A stretch of DNA of 64,000 nt from Laetmonice hystrix (GCA_965235115.1 OZ249441.1:25854001-25918000); one strand, 5' to 3'. Shown: positions 13,946 to 27,838, numbered from the stretch's first letter. Numbers and translations: made by a program. Notes: generated by a model from the sequence alone, not told the origin.

Positions 13946-14115
13946 GGCCCGGTTTCAGAAAGGTTAGCATGATCTTAATTTTAAGCTCTGCTTAGCCTTT
14001 TAGGACCCCTGATTGGCTGGTCATCTGCTGCTCAGCTTCAACCAGCCAATCAGGGGTCCTAAAAGGCTAAGCAGAGCTTAAGTTAAGATCATGCTAACCT
14101 TTCTGAAACCGGGCC
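13946..14115. mobile_element. Foldback MITE, PIF/Harbinger-like, TSD CAG
   Basis: 76/75-bp near-perfect inverted arms (1 substitution, 1 indel) around a 19-nt loop; GGCCC...GGGCC termini flanked by CAG on both sides. Confidence 0.85.
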
Positions 14116-14265
14116 CAGGTACCCTCCAGCGCAAGTTGAGGTTGAACCAATATGATTTGAGTTGATTGTACTGGGACTGACGACTCCTGCACAATGACTT
14201 TGGCTCTGCGTACTACATGTACCTGTACGGGGTCGCATCCAATGATACAGTGATAATATAGAGTT

Positions 14266-14435
14266 CAGTGGCGTACCCAGAAACTGGACCTAAGGGTGTG
14301 CTGGCAATAACCAACGTCGTAGGCGCTGCAAATTGGGAGGGCGCTATGGGCAACAAGCGCCAACAAAAATTTGGCAAATTGAGGGGGGGGGGGGCTTGAG
14401 CACCCAAGCACCCCCCCCCCCCGGGTACGCTACTG
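14266..14435. mobile_element. MITE, CAG-ended family (cagtggcgta subtype)
   Basis: TIR cagtggcgtaccc / gggtacgctactg (12/13); flanks AGAGTT / ATAGTT, TSD length ambiguous. Confidence 0.75.
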
Positions 14436-17400
14436 ATAGTTCTGTTGGGAATAGTCTGTTGATGTTTGAGACTTGGAGAGATGCGTGTTTTGATGGTCGG
14501 CCTACTTGAGTAGTCAGTGGCGGAATCTATCAGACCGTGAGGTTATTGACACCAGTTTTGTCGCCCCGCTGTAGAATGGCTGAGAATTGCTGGAGCTGAT
14601 GTATTTTATAGTGATTCGTTCAGACAGGCTATATTCCACTGTGGGAATGCCGAGAAAAGAACTGAATTACTTTATTGAATTACCGGTACAAGTGTCATTC
14701 CGCAGAGACGGTATACCATTGTTAATTGCCTTTCTTCATGAGGTTATCCGAGCCTATTTGTTTGAATTCAGCGAAGTGGAAATATATATATGTTTAGTAA
14801 TAGTTGTGGCAGAGTATAACGTCGATTTGTGTATGCCTGGTTAAATTACATGCCATGTGTAGGGATTTCCTATTTAAATGATGATACACTTGTACTTACT
14901 ACATTGCACCCGTGGCATTATTCGGGTTGGTCCTGAAAGAAAACGGAATATTTCCCAACACCCAAACAATTAATAACATAACTAATGACATGTTTATTTG
15001 TGCACCAAGTCGGAATAACGAGATTCGGTTTTTTTCTGGCCAACCCTGTAGAAAAGAACCCAAAGTAGGTCAAGTTGTCGAAATCGGTCAGGGTGAACCG
15101 AGTGCTGCCCTGGTGATGATCCAGTGTTGTTGGGGAGATCTGGAGCAGTCTGAGTGCACCAGACCTGTTGGCAGCAGTAACTGACTCATCAGGGATCGCT
15201 GACAGTGACAAGTCATTGAACCTAAATGGGCGGCGCTGGCAGGGAAGTTGCAAAACAGGGGGCAAATAAGTGCAATTTTTTTCATACTTAAGTCTTTCAC
15301 ATAAATTCCCAGAACCGAAATATGACCATAAAAAAGTAGAAACTGTATTATCTGTAGTGTTATGCTACGTTTGATTGATTTTGAGCAGGCAAGTATAATC
15401 ATTTTGGGATAATTTTCTTACTGAAACTGTAGAAATGACGTAGGCTCCCAGCTGCATCATTTGATGTATCTGTCATTAATAAAGTAATGTCAATCAGCGA
15501 GGTACAAAATTAGTTTTACAACCTGTGTGTGGTACTGCGTGTGGAGGTCGTTTATTATGACAAGCTATCCATAAATAAACATAGGTAGCACTTTGTGATT
15601 TTGTTTCAAAAGGAGAAAGTAATTGCCTTTCTAGTTCATGGTTGGTTCATATTCAAACAATCTGCCGACATGTGACGTGTACTGATCAAAGAAACCGTTG
15701 GGGAATGATAGTGGGGGGTTATATGAATTATAGATAAAATGGAAGATCAGAGACCCTCTGATGAAACGTCGCTGCCGTATGAGTTACCCTTCTGTCCATC
15801 ATTCAAAAAATTAGTGAAGAGCTGAAATAGGGGGAAAGCAGTGCGATAGATATTGAAAATCAAATCTCATATGAGAAAAAGCTTCTGTGATTTGATAATC
15901 ACATCATGAGGAGGAAATTGTCCTCTGTCAGTACGTGAACGTCTGTTTTATTTGATATGTTTGTACATTTTCATTTATAATACACAAATGTATGTCTCTG
16001 TTCACCGTAAGAGTTCAGTGGATCACGGCAATGGTTGGGGTCATGTGCAGATTACGGTCAATATTTTCAGAAGCTGTACAAGAATTAGACCGATTGAATT
16101 GTACTTGTGTTATATCCTCCACATGTATAGAACGGTGACCGTCTGTCACTGTGGGAATCATGAATATGGTATAAACATTATGAATATGTGTTCAGGTCGG
16201 ATTGAAAAATACTGAAGTACTCATTATTTCAGACACTCTGCCTGTTTGACGGTATCTCGCGAGGCTGTTTTTATCATCAACTCCAGTAACATTCTCCAGA
16301 TTTAGGGTTGTCCAAGGGGTATGTTGCCCTCTCAGTTGAGGGGTCGATTTCCTCTTGGCTAATAGCATGTTTGACATGACCCCCTACCCAAATCATCAAC
16401 TATAAGTCACCCAGCCTGCCATCTGTCCATAGTGTACAGCTGTCCTTCCGCTTTATCCCCACACGGTGACCTTGACAGCCTGGGGTCAACAGCTGACTAT
16501 ACGACACCGACATACTTTTCCCCCCTCATTTTAAATGACCCGATTCATATTATGGTGCTTCGGGGCATCAGTTGTTGAGCATGAATCCAATACGAGATCT
16601 CATCTCTCTAGATTACAACCGAAACTAATTTTCGCATAGATCTCTACTACAAGGATTTTCCCAACTTGCAAGTCTAGACCAGTATATGTGGTTGCATTCT
16701 TTCACACTAAACAAACCTCGCTCAAAACGGAAGTTGCACTGGCTGTATAGGAACTTTATCAATTTTTTAAGGGGGGGGGGAGAAATTTCGCACCTTTTCA
16801 TTATATATATATTAGTCACGCATCAACGACGTCTGAACCCTTGAGCTTGAGAAAGCAGTTAGTGGGTCTTTACTGTATTGGATTGGCCCCACTGGTCTGA
16901 CCCGGAGTGAACCCGGAGCAGGTCAACCGCACAGTTTGGCCGACCAAAACAAGCGACAGGTGATCAACTCAGGGAGAGTTACCTGAACTACCCTGGGCAT
17001 CATATCTGCACAGTCTGTTTATGATTTATCAGGCGTATTAATTATGAGTTACGTATGTATATGAATATGTAGACTTTCACTTTGCTCATCAGCTAACTTT
17101 ATGATTATTCGTCCTTTATTGCGTTTAATATAGACTTTAGACCCGATCTCATTAATGACTTGAAATAAAGGTTGACCAGCGTACACATCCAGGTCCATGT
17201 ACGAAGTGTGTGGAAACTCCACCAAGGATCTCGAGTGCCTGGTACGGGACATGAGTGAAAGTGAGAAAGAGTTCTAAATAAATGTCCCTCCGGTTCAAGG
17301 TCAGAACGTACGCTATAAACCAGGAAACAAAGACACAATAAAATGTACTCACACTTTAAAGCCATCAAACATATATCAGTGCTAGCAGCAATGGTATACG

Positions 17401-18797
17401 GTTGCAGTTTGAATATTATTGTTGTGATGACAGATTGTAACTTTAAATCCGTTGAGGGCCAGCAGTCGTGGCGAAGGTCATCGATAGATGTCACCGAAAA
17501 CGTTTGACAAAAAGAATTTGATTAATTTATGGCAAACCAAGGTAGATGTATTGGTTGCCAGTCTTGTTACCGAAAATAAGGAAGCAACTAGGAGTAGTTA
17601 AAATTACCGGTAAGGCAAACAATTAGTACAATGGGTCGCCAAATACATGAGATAGATGTCCAGGTTTCAAGTTAATGAAACATGACCTTCTGTTAAAGTT
17701 ATGGTATCTTACGAGTAATGTCCAAACCGTAATCATGTGGTATTAATATCAATCAATAAGATCCCGAGGTGGTGATATTGTTTTCTTCCATTTGCCATTT
17801 AGAATGTTCACACTGGGTCCACTTTAAATAGAACAGCTCTTGAAAAGCAACCTGTGATGTCTTGGAAGAAATAAACAAGGTGCATGACAGGAATGATGTA
17901 AATAAAAACACAGCGCTAGAATGAGGCCAATTCAGTGTGCATATTAACGGTTTTATTTAGTCAGTCCGGGAAATGTTATGAGATATCATGTGACATTTTG
18001 CCAATGGCGGACAAACTGGGGAGTAAACCTCGCCGACCTTGAGTCAGACCAAAATATATACACGGCCACGTTGACAAAGTGCATGCCTCTTTGAATTTAC
18101 ACAGAAATAAGAAATCGGACCCAAGTAAATACGTGTCGATCATGATTCTCCTACATGCGAACCAAAGAACCATTGTCCTCTAAGGAAGTCTACGACAGTT
18201 GTCATACCACTAGAGACAAGTGGGCAGATGGCCGGGGTGGGGTGGGGGGTGAGGGGGGGGGGGGGGGTGGTTAAAGAGCTTGCGGATGGATGGGGAAGTT
18301 ACATTAAGTGTGGTCAGGGGGTACAATTGACTGATTATCATGAAGGCAGGCTAGTTGTATGGGCATAAGGCACGGGTGGGCACTGGTCGTATCGTCATTG
18401 TGTGGTATACTAGTAGTCTACAGATGGGTTGATATCTCCACAGTACAAGGTTAATCTTCAGAAATGAACCAAGCAGAAACGATCTTAACCAGGAACGCAA
18501 AGATGATATCACGGAAAACGTTTCTGTTTACTAACATGTAACGGGTATTACTATTACAAAGTCCATTATGTGTGACTGGTCGGTGGTAGAACGTTTCTCA
18601 ACGAGGAAATGTCAATCACATCAATCAGTTATAGGAGCGAGGTGAGTTTAGCGTGACGGCGAACAATCAAGGGAATTTATTGCCAACATCGTGGAATAAA
18701 AGATATAATGCATGGGCCGAGGTGGAGAGAGTGTAAATGTTCCACGGCTGCAGTGTTCTGACAACATGTGATGTACTAACTATGTGTACTGTTTCAG

Positions 18798-18828
18798 AAC
18801 TCGCCATCCTCCTCGCTCGATCAATTAG
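18798..18828 (+). CDS. Candidate 31-nt internal exon of the GAS2-like gene (ELAILLARSIR)
   Basis: Acceptor tactgtttcag; donor AG|gtaggc. Phase 1 in and phase 2 out bridge the 11278 donor and the 37632 acceptor with no stop. Confidence 0.45.
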
Positions 18829-20492
18829 GTAGGCACGGTGAATTTATGTATAACCCGCTTCTGATGTCAATGGGTGTTTTTGTGTGTGTGTGGTGAAGAT
18901 TGTTCTTCAGCGACAGTGTCACCTGCTAACAGTCTGCTTTAACGTATTGCTATCATACACACCTAAATCGCTCATTTTCAAATGCATGATCATTTGTTTT
19001 TCTGAACGATACAGTTCTTTTAGGATTTTTTTTTTACACGGTGCACCTTCAACGGCACTTAATCATAATGTCATGCAGTGTGCAGTTTTCAGTCTCGCCT
19101 GGAAGAAGTTGTCACACACGATTGCATGACCGACGACAATTATGTTATTTCAAGCATCACTGTTCGTTAGCTTTTCAGCTTTGTTTCATTAACATTTTGT
19201 TACTTGTTGAAACATTCTGAGAATAGGAACTGTTCGTATGGAAGAGCCCAATAAAGTTCAAACCTGGTAAAGAAAAGAAACCTTCCATTTTACTTTGTAA
19301 GGGACATATAATGTGGGAAATGAGATGAGGTTGGTGACCATTTTTGGAGGAACATATTCCACTTTAATTACAGAAAAAATCCTGAGCTTCGTATTCTTAG
19401 TAATATCTCCCTTGCTATGCTAGTCGTATCTAGATAAAAGTGGGCGCCATATTTAATACGTCACCCAAGCCACTGTTGTAATGTTACATTCTCGGGAGAG
19501 AGGCCTCATTTATAGGGTACCCGTCGCCCCATGACCCTCCGACCTCTGACCCCAGACTATTGGGTTTACCCTGTACAGGCACCAGGAAAATAGGAAGAGT
19601 TGCTCATCGAGTCTGACCAGTGGTCAGCCACGCAGTCCTTCAATGTAATGCTTGAAATCGATGCTTGTAGAGGAGGCCAATAAACGGGTTAGGGGGTAGG
19701 GGTGGTGGTCGGGGTGGTGGAATAGGGGCATATTATATTGATTATTTAGGGTGCAGGAGGTCCCTTATAATGCCAGACATTAAGGTTAGGGGGTTCAGGC
19801 TTCCCGACCTCTGCAGATTATTTAGCAGTTGGCAGTGACAGTAATGGAGATCTGCGTTAGAAAAAAATATCTGAGAGGATGGGAGTAGCAGTAGGTCTAC
19901 ACTGTAAAGTGAATGTATTGCTGCGCCTTATAACAATTATACAGGCCCTTAAAAGGCTGAACGTTGTAATATTGTACACTCCAGTTGACTCAGCTATAGA
20001 CCGTTGACCGTTGACATATTGACCGTTACTAGTCTGATATGGTTAATTTGGAATCAGTCCCGTCCGTTAAGAAATGTAATAAAGAGGATGGCCAGTGTTA
20101 TCAGAGCCCGTGGTGAGGGCGCGCTGGCCAGCACTATCTGAGATCCAACCCTCACAGCGGTAGTGCCATCCCGCACGAGTTGATTGTGTTTTCCTGAGTA
20201 AGCGAAAAGATCACCGCGAGCTCTGAGACTGTGCCCATCCTCCCTGCGGCACTAACCTGCTGATCTGTGGCCGTTTAGGGCCTGCTATTGAGGGCATCCC
20301 TCTGTGAGAGAGTGAGTGGTGGGGAGAGTGAGGGTCTGCCGTCCACAATGGGAGGATATACACAGGGTCAGCTGCAAGGCCGACTCGGCAGGCCAGGTTG
20401 GCGCCAGCACGGATGATATCGGGGGAGGGAGGGGGAGGGTTGGCGGTGATGTCGGCTCGTGGGGGACATCTACCGGCGTCTTTCGCCACTGA

Positions 20493-21020
20493 TACACTGA
20501 ATCATGTCGTCACTCCGGAGCACACAGATACGACGGCAATAGTACCAAAAGGTACTCCGTATACACTGAATCATGTCCTCACTCCGGAGCACGGAGATAC
20601 GATGGCAATAGTACCAAAAGTTACTCCGTATACACTGAATCATGTCGTCACTCCGGAGCACGGAGATACGATGGGAATAGTACCAAAAGTTACTCCGTAT
20701 ACACTGAATCATGTCGTCACTCCGGAGCACGGAGATACGATGGCAATAGTACCAAAAGTTACTCCGTATACACTGAATCATGTCCTCACTCTAGAGCACG
20801 GAGATACGATGGCAATAGTACCAAAAGTTACTCCGTATACACTGAATAATGTCGTCACTCCGGAGCACGGAGATACGATGGCAATAGTACCAAAAGTTAC
20901 TCCGTATACACTGAATCATGTCGTCACTCCGGAGCACGGAGATACGATGGCAATAGTACCAAAAGTTACTCCGTATACACTGAATCATGTCGTCACTCCG
21001 GAGCACGGAGGTACGATGGC
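20493..21020. repeat. Minisatellite, 69-bp unit, about 7.6 copies
   Basis: Unit tacactgaatcatgtcgtcactccggagcacggagatacgatggcaatagtaccaaaagttactccgta starting at 20493, 20562, 20631, 20700, 20769, 20838, 20907 and 20976. Confidence 0.97.
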
Positions 21021-23019
21021 ACCAAAAGCATTTATTCTACCAGTACGGTTTGGGATGTTCTCTGGATTGACAAGCCATCACATTGGAAACAATTTTAATA
21101 CATCATGTTCATAATGTGCTCAAAATGTATGGGTATATTCCTGCCGCAGAAGCTAACGTTAGACGTAGAGGACCATTTGCAGGTCAGGAGGGCGTGACCT
21201 TAGCAGATTATTATCAAGAATGACACTGATTTCATTTCCAGATTTAATTGACAAAACTTGGCTGAAGCAATGCGGCTTATCGATAAGATACATGTAACCT
21301 CCCAAAGGTACGATCTCCGGAGCTGAACGAAGCCGTGAATGGTCGATGACAGAATCTATAGCCAATATAATGGCCACACCAGGCGGTCTATGCTGATATC
21401 ATCACACCAACCAACAGAGGAAGGGTGGAGAAAAACTCGTGAAAATCACCATTTATTGAGGGATCCCAGTTTATGACAGTCATTATTGTTATGTGCAGTG
21501 ATAAATCAGACTTGATGTTAAATACACGGTGGTTATTATGATAACCTCATGGCAAATTCTGATATTCTTTCACCAGTATGTGTGGACTATTCAGATTACA
21601 ATCTTTCACAAATTGTTCTAAGAAAATAGAATCAGCCAGACCTGCCCAATAAAGTAAACTTGCATGACATAAAATTGTATTGGCTGCCATTTATGTGACA
21701 TAAATCAGTTTTTATGCCCGTGAGTAGCATTTACTGAGTTGGCAGAGCTGTAGGCCAAGGTTGCTTGACCAGGTTGTCAGCCAAGGACGGTGGTCTAAAA
21801 CACCAGATTAAACTCACCTTTTTACTAGTTCAGTCACCAATAATTCTCCAGAGTATCCTTGTTTATCCTTGTTTCTAGGCATCAATTCTACTAGATATAA
21901 TATATTCAGATATAATTCTAGGGATATTACTGAAAAGCATTTTGTGAACAGATTATGGTAGCATTTGAGTCTCCTTAAACAGGGTCATAGTATTTCTAAA
22001 TTCTATACCTATATTTTGCTTGCTTTCCAAGTATTGTGAAAGCATGCACGTTTCACGATAAAACACTTTGTGTAGGAACCATTTCTTATAGTGCTAAATA
22101 TATAACGGATAAAGGGTTGCTTCAAGGTGCTCCAGGAACACAGGGAAGAGGGTCGACAACCGAGGCGTTCCAAGTATCGAGCTATTGACATAGTAAACAC
22201 CTAGAGTGTTGGTGCCAAGTGACTCCCATTGCCAGTTAAAGTATACCAGATATTGTATCGGAGAGAAGCTTGAAGTAATCAGTGAAGTCATCCTCCCTGG
22301 GCTCGATGGACGCCTGTGTGGCCGGTCGGTGGGTTACTGGGTATACATGTACACGGCGGTCTGCCATGTTGGTTCTGGCACCAAGGCCGCACTGTCTGTT
22401 TGCTTTGGAAAGAGATCACCGATTTACGCTGAGCAGTGCGGACAAAAATCATGCTAGTTCTGTGATATCATAACCCAGGTTTTTTGTTTGTATGTGTATA
22501 TTGCTGCGTCCCTTGGTCGTCTCTCAGATGCTGGGGTATAATGGTATGCGGTCAGTTTTTCCACCAGTTTTCAATGTTTAATACATATTAGTGGGGTTAT
22601 GCTTACACATGCATGCCCTTTTTTTTTATCACCGAATGGGCCTTTCTTCTTTCTTCTTCATATGTTTTTTTTATTGCTGGTGGTTAAATTCTGTGCCGCC
22701 TAAAGTTTGTCTCATATTACGCCACTTCTGTGTGCCTAACTGTAGCCTTAAAAAATTATTTGTAATTCTTATGTACTAAACTTTTCAAAGAGTTTGCAGT
22801 GTTGAATATGCGACCTTTTTTGTATGCAGGTAGTGAAGTTGAAGCTGACCTGAATACGCCTTAAGCAAGAACAGATAGAATTCTTTACACATCCTGCGAT
22901 AATTTTGTTCCTATCTGGGTGTCACGCAACTAACTCCGCAAGGAGAGGGATTAGGTGGACATGGCTCCAGCCTTCGTGTTTCCATGACGCTCGCTTGTAA
23001 TGGCCGTGTCATCTTGGAC

Positions 23020-23079
23020 CCCGTGACATAAGGAAAATGGACCCCCCCAGGTGGGGGTTCATTTCCCTTATGTCACCGG
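23020..23079. repeat. Short hairpin / mini-MITE
   Basis: gtgacataaggaaaatggaccccc ... gggggttcatttcccttatgtcac, an imperfect inverted repeat. Confidence 0.6.
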
Positions 23080-23480
23080 CCAGTAGGCCTATCACTTTAG
23101 ATGTCCAACTCCCATGTAAACGTCAAGCCCAGCAGTGACAGTATACAGGAAGCTCAGTGTGATCTTGGGGAAAAGCTTGCTGTAACGTCACCATCCCACT
23201 ACACTCGTGATGTCACAACCTATCTCCGACTAGGAGGTCAACTCCGAGCAGGGGCCAGGTGGCGCCACCGTCTGCGGCCAGCACACAGGTTATAACCTGG
23301 GTCGGTGGTTCGTGGCACGACCGGCTCTCGGAGGTTTTCAGGGAATGCGACAGCTGCTGGCCTTGTCAGAGCACGTCGTGATTATTGGGACACGTTGGTG
23401 ACACGTTGTGAATGTTCGCCATCGTCACATCACCCATTGGGTTCTTGATACTGTTAGGCGGGGTCGTAAAGACACCCAAT

Positions 23481-24372
23481 TACTCTGATTTAGCGTACCT
23501 GGAGACTAGAACCATAGACAGCGTTATGTAGATACTCTGATTTAGCGTACCTGGAGACTAGAACCATAGACAGCGTTATGTAGATACTCTGATTTAGCGT
23601 ACCTGGAGACTAGAGCCATAGACAGCGTTATGTAGATCTATACTCTGATTTAGCGTACCTGGAGACTAGAACCATAGACAGCGTTATGTAGATACTCTGA
23701 TTTAGCGTACCTGGAGACTAGAACCATAGACAGCGTTATGTAGATACTCTGATTTAGCGTACCTGGCGACTAGAACCATAGACAGCGTTATGTAGATACT
23801 CTGATTTAGCGAGCCTGGCGACTAGAACCATAGACAGCGTTATGTAGATACTCTGATTTAGCGTACTTGGAGACTAGAACCATAGACAGCGTTATGTAGA
23901 TACTCTGATTTAGCCTACCTGGAGACTAGAACCATAGACAGCGTTATGTAGATACTCTGATTTAGCGTATACCTGGAGACTAGAACCATAGACAGCGTTA
24001 TGTAGATACTCTGATTTAGCGTACCTGGAGACTAGAACCATAGACAGCGTTATGTAGATACTCTGATTTAGCGTACCTGGCGACTAGAACCATAGACAGC
24101 GTTATGTAGATACTCTGATTTAGCGAGCCTGGCGACTAGAACCATAGACAGCGTTATGTAGATACTCTGATTTAGCGTACCTGGAGACTAGAACCATAGA
24201 CAGCGTTATGTAGATACTCTGATTTAGCGTATACCTGGAGACTAGAACCATAGACAGCGTTATGTAGATACTCTGATTTAGCGTACCTGGAGACTAGAAC
24301 CATAGACAGCGTTATGTAGATACTCTGATTTAGCCTACCTGGAGACTAGAACCATAGACAGCGTTATGTAGA
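23481..24372. repeat. Minisatellite, 52-bp unit, 17 copies
   Basis: Unit tactctgatttagcgtacctggagactagaaccatagacagcgttatgtaga, with occasional +2/+4 insertions. Confidence 0.97.
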
Positions 24373-26981
24373 TACTTCCATGGTGGAAATGTTTTGAATT
24401 GTTCACGTCCTGAAGATGTCATCATAGTTGCCGACTGAACCTAAAACCGCCAACCGGCGTACCCGACTAAAGTACACGGCCCTGGAGCCGGTACCTGACC
24501 CACACGGTCATTTAATTTATGCTGTTTACATCAGTAATGAACCTCACACGTCCCTTGGCGCCGATCTGGTGAAGTGATCACCAGTCAGCGCAACTGGTCG
24601 CCTTGTTAAAACGGAACACTCTAACAGTGTGAACACGCAGCAAGCGACCATTGCTGTAAACTACTTACCCGCGTCACCCGCTGCGGGTTCCGGCATGGAC
24701 CAGGGAGACTGTCATTAGTGCCCTACAAGTCGGAGTGGTTGGTGGAGTGGTCGTGCCATCATAGTAACAAGAATTAGACCAAGCTCCTCCATTAATCCAC
24801 CAGTCTTTCCTCTCGTCCCGCTGGTTTAGGCGGCAGTGATGGGTTGTCGTCTGCTGATGGCCAGGTCTGGACACCAAGACGGACAGGTGGCAGGGAATGA
24901 CCGGTTTCTTTAGAATTATGTTAGGTTCACATTAATATTAAGTGGAGGGGGGGGGGGGGGGGTTGATGTTACATAGGACGTTATGTAATACAGTGGGTGA
25001 CTTTATTATAAAAGGAAGGTTCATGAACCAAAGTGTGGAGTTTCTATTTCAGACGTCACTGTCTCAGGGACTGATCCAGACGCGAATTTTGACTTGTTCA
25101 CACCAGGCGACGTCCCCCTGAAAGTTTCTCCACATAGGCCTACATTTTTTAAAGAAGATCGATGTAGGACTGGTTTACGTGAACCGGTTGGAACCGATCA
25201 GGATCCGTGCTCAGGGTAAAACGAACTTCTCCAGCGCCACTCTTCCCTGATCTGATATGCCATAACACATTTACTTATTACTAACAAATCTCTCTATGTG
25301 TAACATGGAAGTTATCAGTGTGATGATATCAAGATGGTGGTAGATACTTATACCCTGAGGTGGGGCTGCTTCAGGTGTGTCACCACAAGTAATGATTTCA
25401 ATGAGACTAATTAACAAACAGCTGGCGATAATTAGTGAGCGTAATGATGATCAACTAGGTGAGTTGAGTGTCAGGTGACCAGTGAAGACCTTTGGGTGGC
25501 GAGAGGTGAGAGACAGTGTCATAATTACTCGTATCACCAGGTGTCAGGTCGTCTCCCATACGCCCCGCCCCACCACCCAACACACACACACACACATTTG
25601 TATCTTGTCACCGACTTCTCATCAGTTAGTCATCCTGACTCCAAGCCTGACTCTTATCATAGCTTACCGCGCCATTTCATATAAAGTTGGCACAAAATAA
25701 TGCCAATATATAGATACCGGATAGGTTGTTTTTGTTTCACAATCAAATCCAATGTGGGTGATCATTTCATATCTGCTGGTGAAGTTATTGAACTGATCAG
25801 ATTATTCGGCGACACTCGTCCAGCGCGTATTGGTTTTGGTCATCATTGATCATATTTTGTTATCAGAGAAAATATGAAAATATTGGAAGTCTGGTTGATT
25901 CAGCAAGACGGAATTGGGGCAGTGGTTGGGCGACTTTAATAGTCTTTACTTTATACGCCACAGCTAGCAGAGAGCGTTCCAGGTTTGAAGATTAGGTTGG
26001 GTTTATCGTAAGCCCCCCCCCCGCCCCCTCTCGGAAACAGCACCTCGTGTTGAACCCCTCCTGTCGTGCAGGTTTGAATCGATCTGAGGCGACCCGAGGA
26101 CTGTGTGTCGTGAACTGGCCCAGATCTGGGGTGTCTGGGGTCGGGGTGGGGGTGGTGGGTCGAGGGTGGCCGTGGGGAGCGAGGACCAGGTTACCGATGG
26201 CAGGTCGCTGTATGTGGGAGGTTGGACGGCTGGTATCGTGGGGACCATATTTCACTATGAAATATGGACCGGGGGTCCATATTCCACTATGAAATATGGA
26301 CCGGGGGTCCATAATATGGGGGGGGGGTCCAAATTTCATATCACACCTGTGAGGATGGCGCAACTCGCTGCTGTCAGAATAATCACAGTCCACATTCCGA
26401 GAGTAGACCATGAGTTAAATTCACGGGAAGAATAAAAACATTAATGGAATAAATTTTCCACTTCAGGTTTGAAAGATTCTATTTATCGTTTGGGGTTCAC
26501 TTCGAGACTGAGAATTGATTGAGCATGCTGACTGTTTGCCTGGAGATATCAATAATTGTATCATCATAGATATAATGCAATCAATGTACTTCTATGATTC
26601 ACATAAACCATGTTTGAAGACTACTTGTTAACCCAAATAAAAACATCCCAGTACCCAATACCTAACCTGTTATCAGGATGACTGGTTTGGGACAGTTCAT
26701 GTGTGCCGAACATTAATTGATACAGAGAACACCCCATAGCAGCACTTGGTTTGTCAGCATTTAATGCCTCAATTCAACCTTTTAAACACTTGGAACTAGC
26801 TGTCACCTGGCCAATTTGGCATACCTGTTTAGACAGCAGGAGGCCATTAAGTGCAGTATTGGTCGGAAATGAGGCAATCCAAATATCAAACTCCTATCAC
26901 AGTCGTATCATATATTCGACGTTGGTTAACGCCGAAGGTGGACAGTATTTTTGCCACCTTGACTTGAGGTACATCGGTGTG

Positions 26982-27530
26982 AAAGTAAGGTCAGTGGGAG
27001 CGAGTATTTCATTTTTGTTAGATTTGTTTGTTGTGATCTGTCGGGTAATATAAAGTAAGGTCAGTGGGAGCGAGTATTTCATTTGTTAGATTGGTTTGTT
27101 GTGATCTGTCGGGTAATATAAAGTAAGGTCAGTGGGAGCGAGTATTTCATTTGTTAGATTGGTTTGTTGTGATCTGTCGGGTAATATAAAGTAAGGTCAG
27201 TGGGAGCGAGTATTTCATTTGTTAGATTGGTTTGTTGTGATCTGTCGGGTAATATAAAGTAAGGTCAGTGGGAGCGAGTATTTTATTTGTTAGATTGGTT
27301 TGTTGTGATCTGTCGGGTAATATAAAGTAAGGTCAGTGGGAGCGAGTATTTTATTTGTTAGATTGGTTTGTTGTGATCTGTCGGGTAATATAAAGTAAGG
27401 TCAGTGGGAGCGAGTATTTCATTTGTTAGATTGGTTTGTGGTGATCTGTCAGGTAATATAAAGTAAGGTCAGTGGGAGCGAGTATTTCATTTGTTAGATT
27501 GGTTTGTTGTGATCTGTCGGGTAATATAAA
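26982..27530. repeat. Minisatellite, 68-bp unit, 8 copies
   Basis: Unit aaagtaaggtcagtgggagcgagtatttcatttgttagattggtttgttgtgatctgtcgggtaatat; anchor tcagtgggag at 26991, 27061, 27129, 27197, 27265, 27333, 27401 and 27469. Confidence 0.97.
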
Positions 27531-27615
27531 AATGAGGCTGTGACGAAAGGTATAAGGCAGGTGTGACTGTGTGATTCTGCTCCCTTTGCTGTACATGTAG
27601 TTATATTATAATGAC

Positions 27616-27838
27616 CAGGCGAACCCCACTGATCCGAGGGTGGATGTTAGATGTTAGTGACGACCATCCAACTGATCCGAGGGTGGATGTTAGATGTTAG
27701 TGACGACCATCCAGGCGAACTGATCCGAGGGTGGATGTTAGATGTTAGTGACGGCCATCCAACTGATCCGAGGTGGATGTTAGATGTTAGTGACGACCAT
27801 CCAACTGATCCGAGGTGGATGTTAGATGTTAGTGACGA
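27616..27838. repeat. Minisatellite, 42-48-bp unit, 5 copies
   Basis: Unit actgatccgag(g)gtggatgttagatgttagtgacgaccatcca. Confidence 0.93.

Noticed and set aside
17049-17494. Three overlapping - strand ORFs, one with a signal-peptide-like stretch (MALKCEYILLCLCFLVYSVRS)
   Set aside because: No recognisable family and no linking exons; all three frames are open by chance in T-rich sequence.
23101-23295. 64-aa ORF starting right after a tttag acceptor as another GAS2-like exon
   Set aside because: It has no strong donor in a compatible phase and no homology.
23481-24372. Regularly spaced repeats as a CRISPR array (also the other five arrays)
   Set aside because: The units are contiguous near-identical tandem copies with no unique spacers, there are no cas genes, and the context is a spliced eukaryotic locus.
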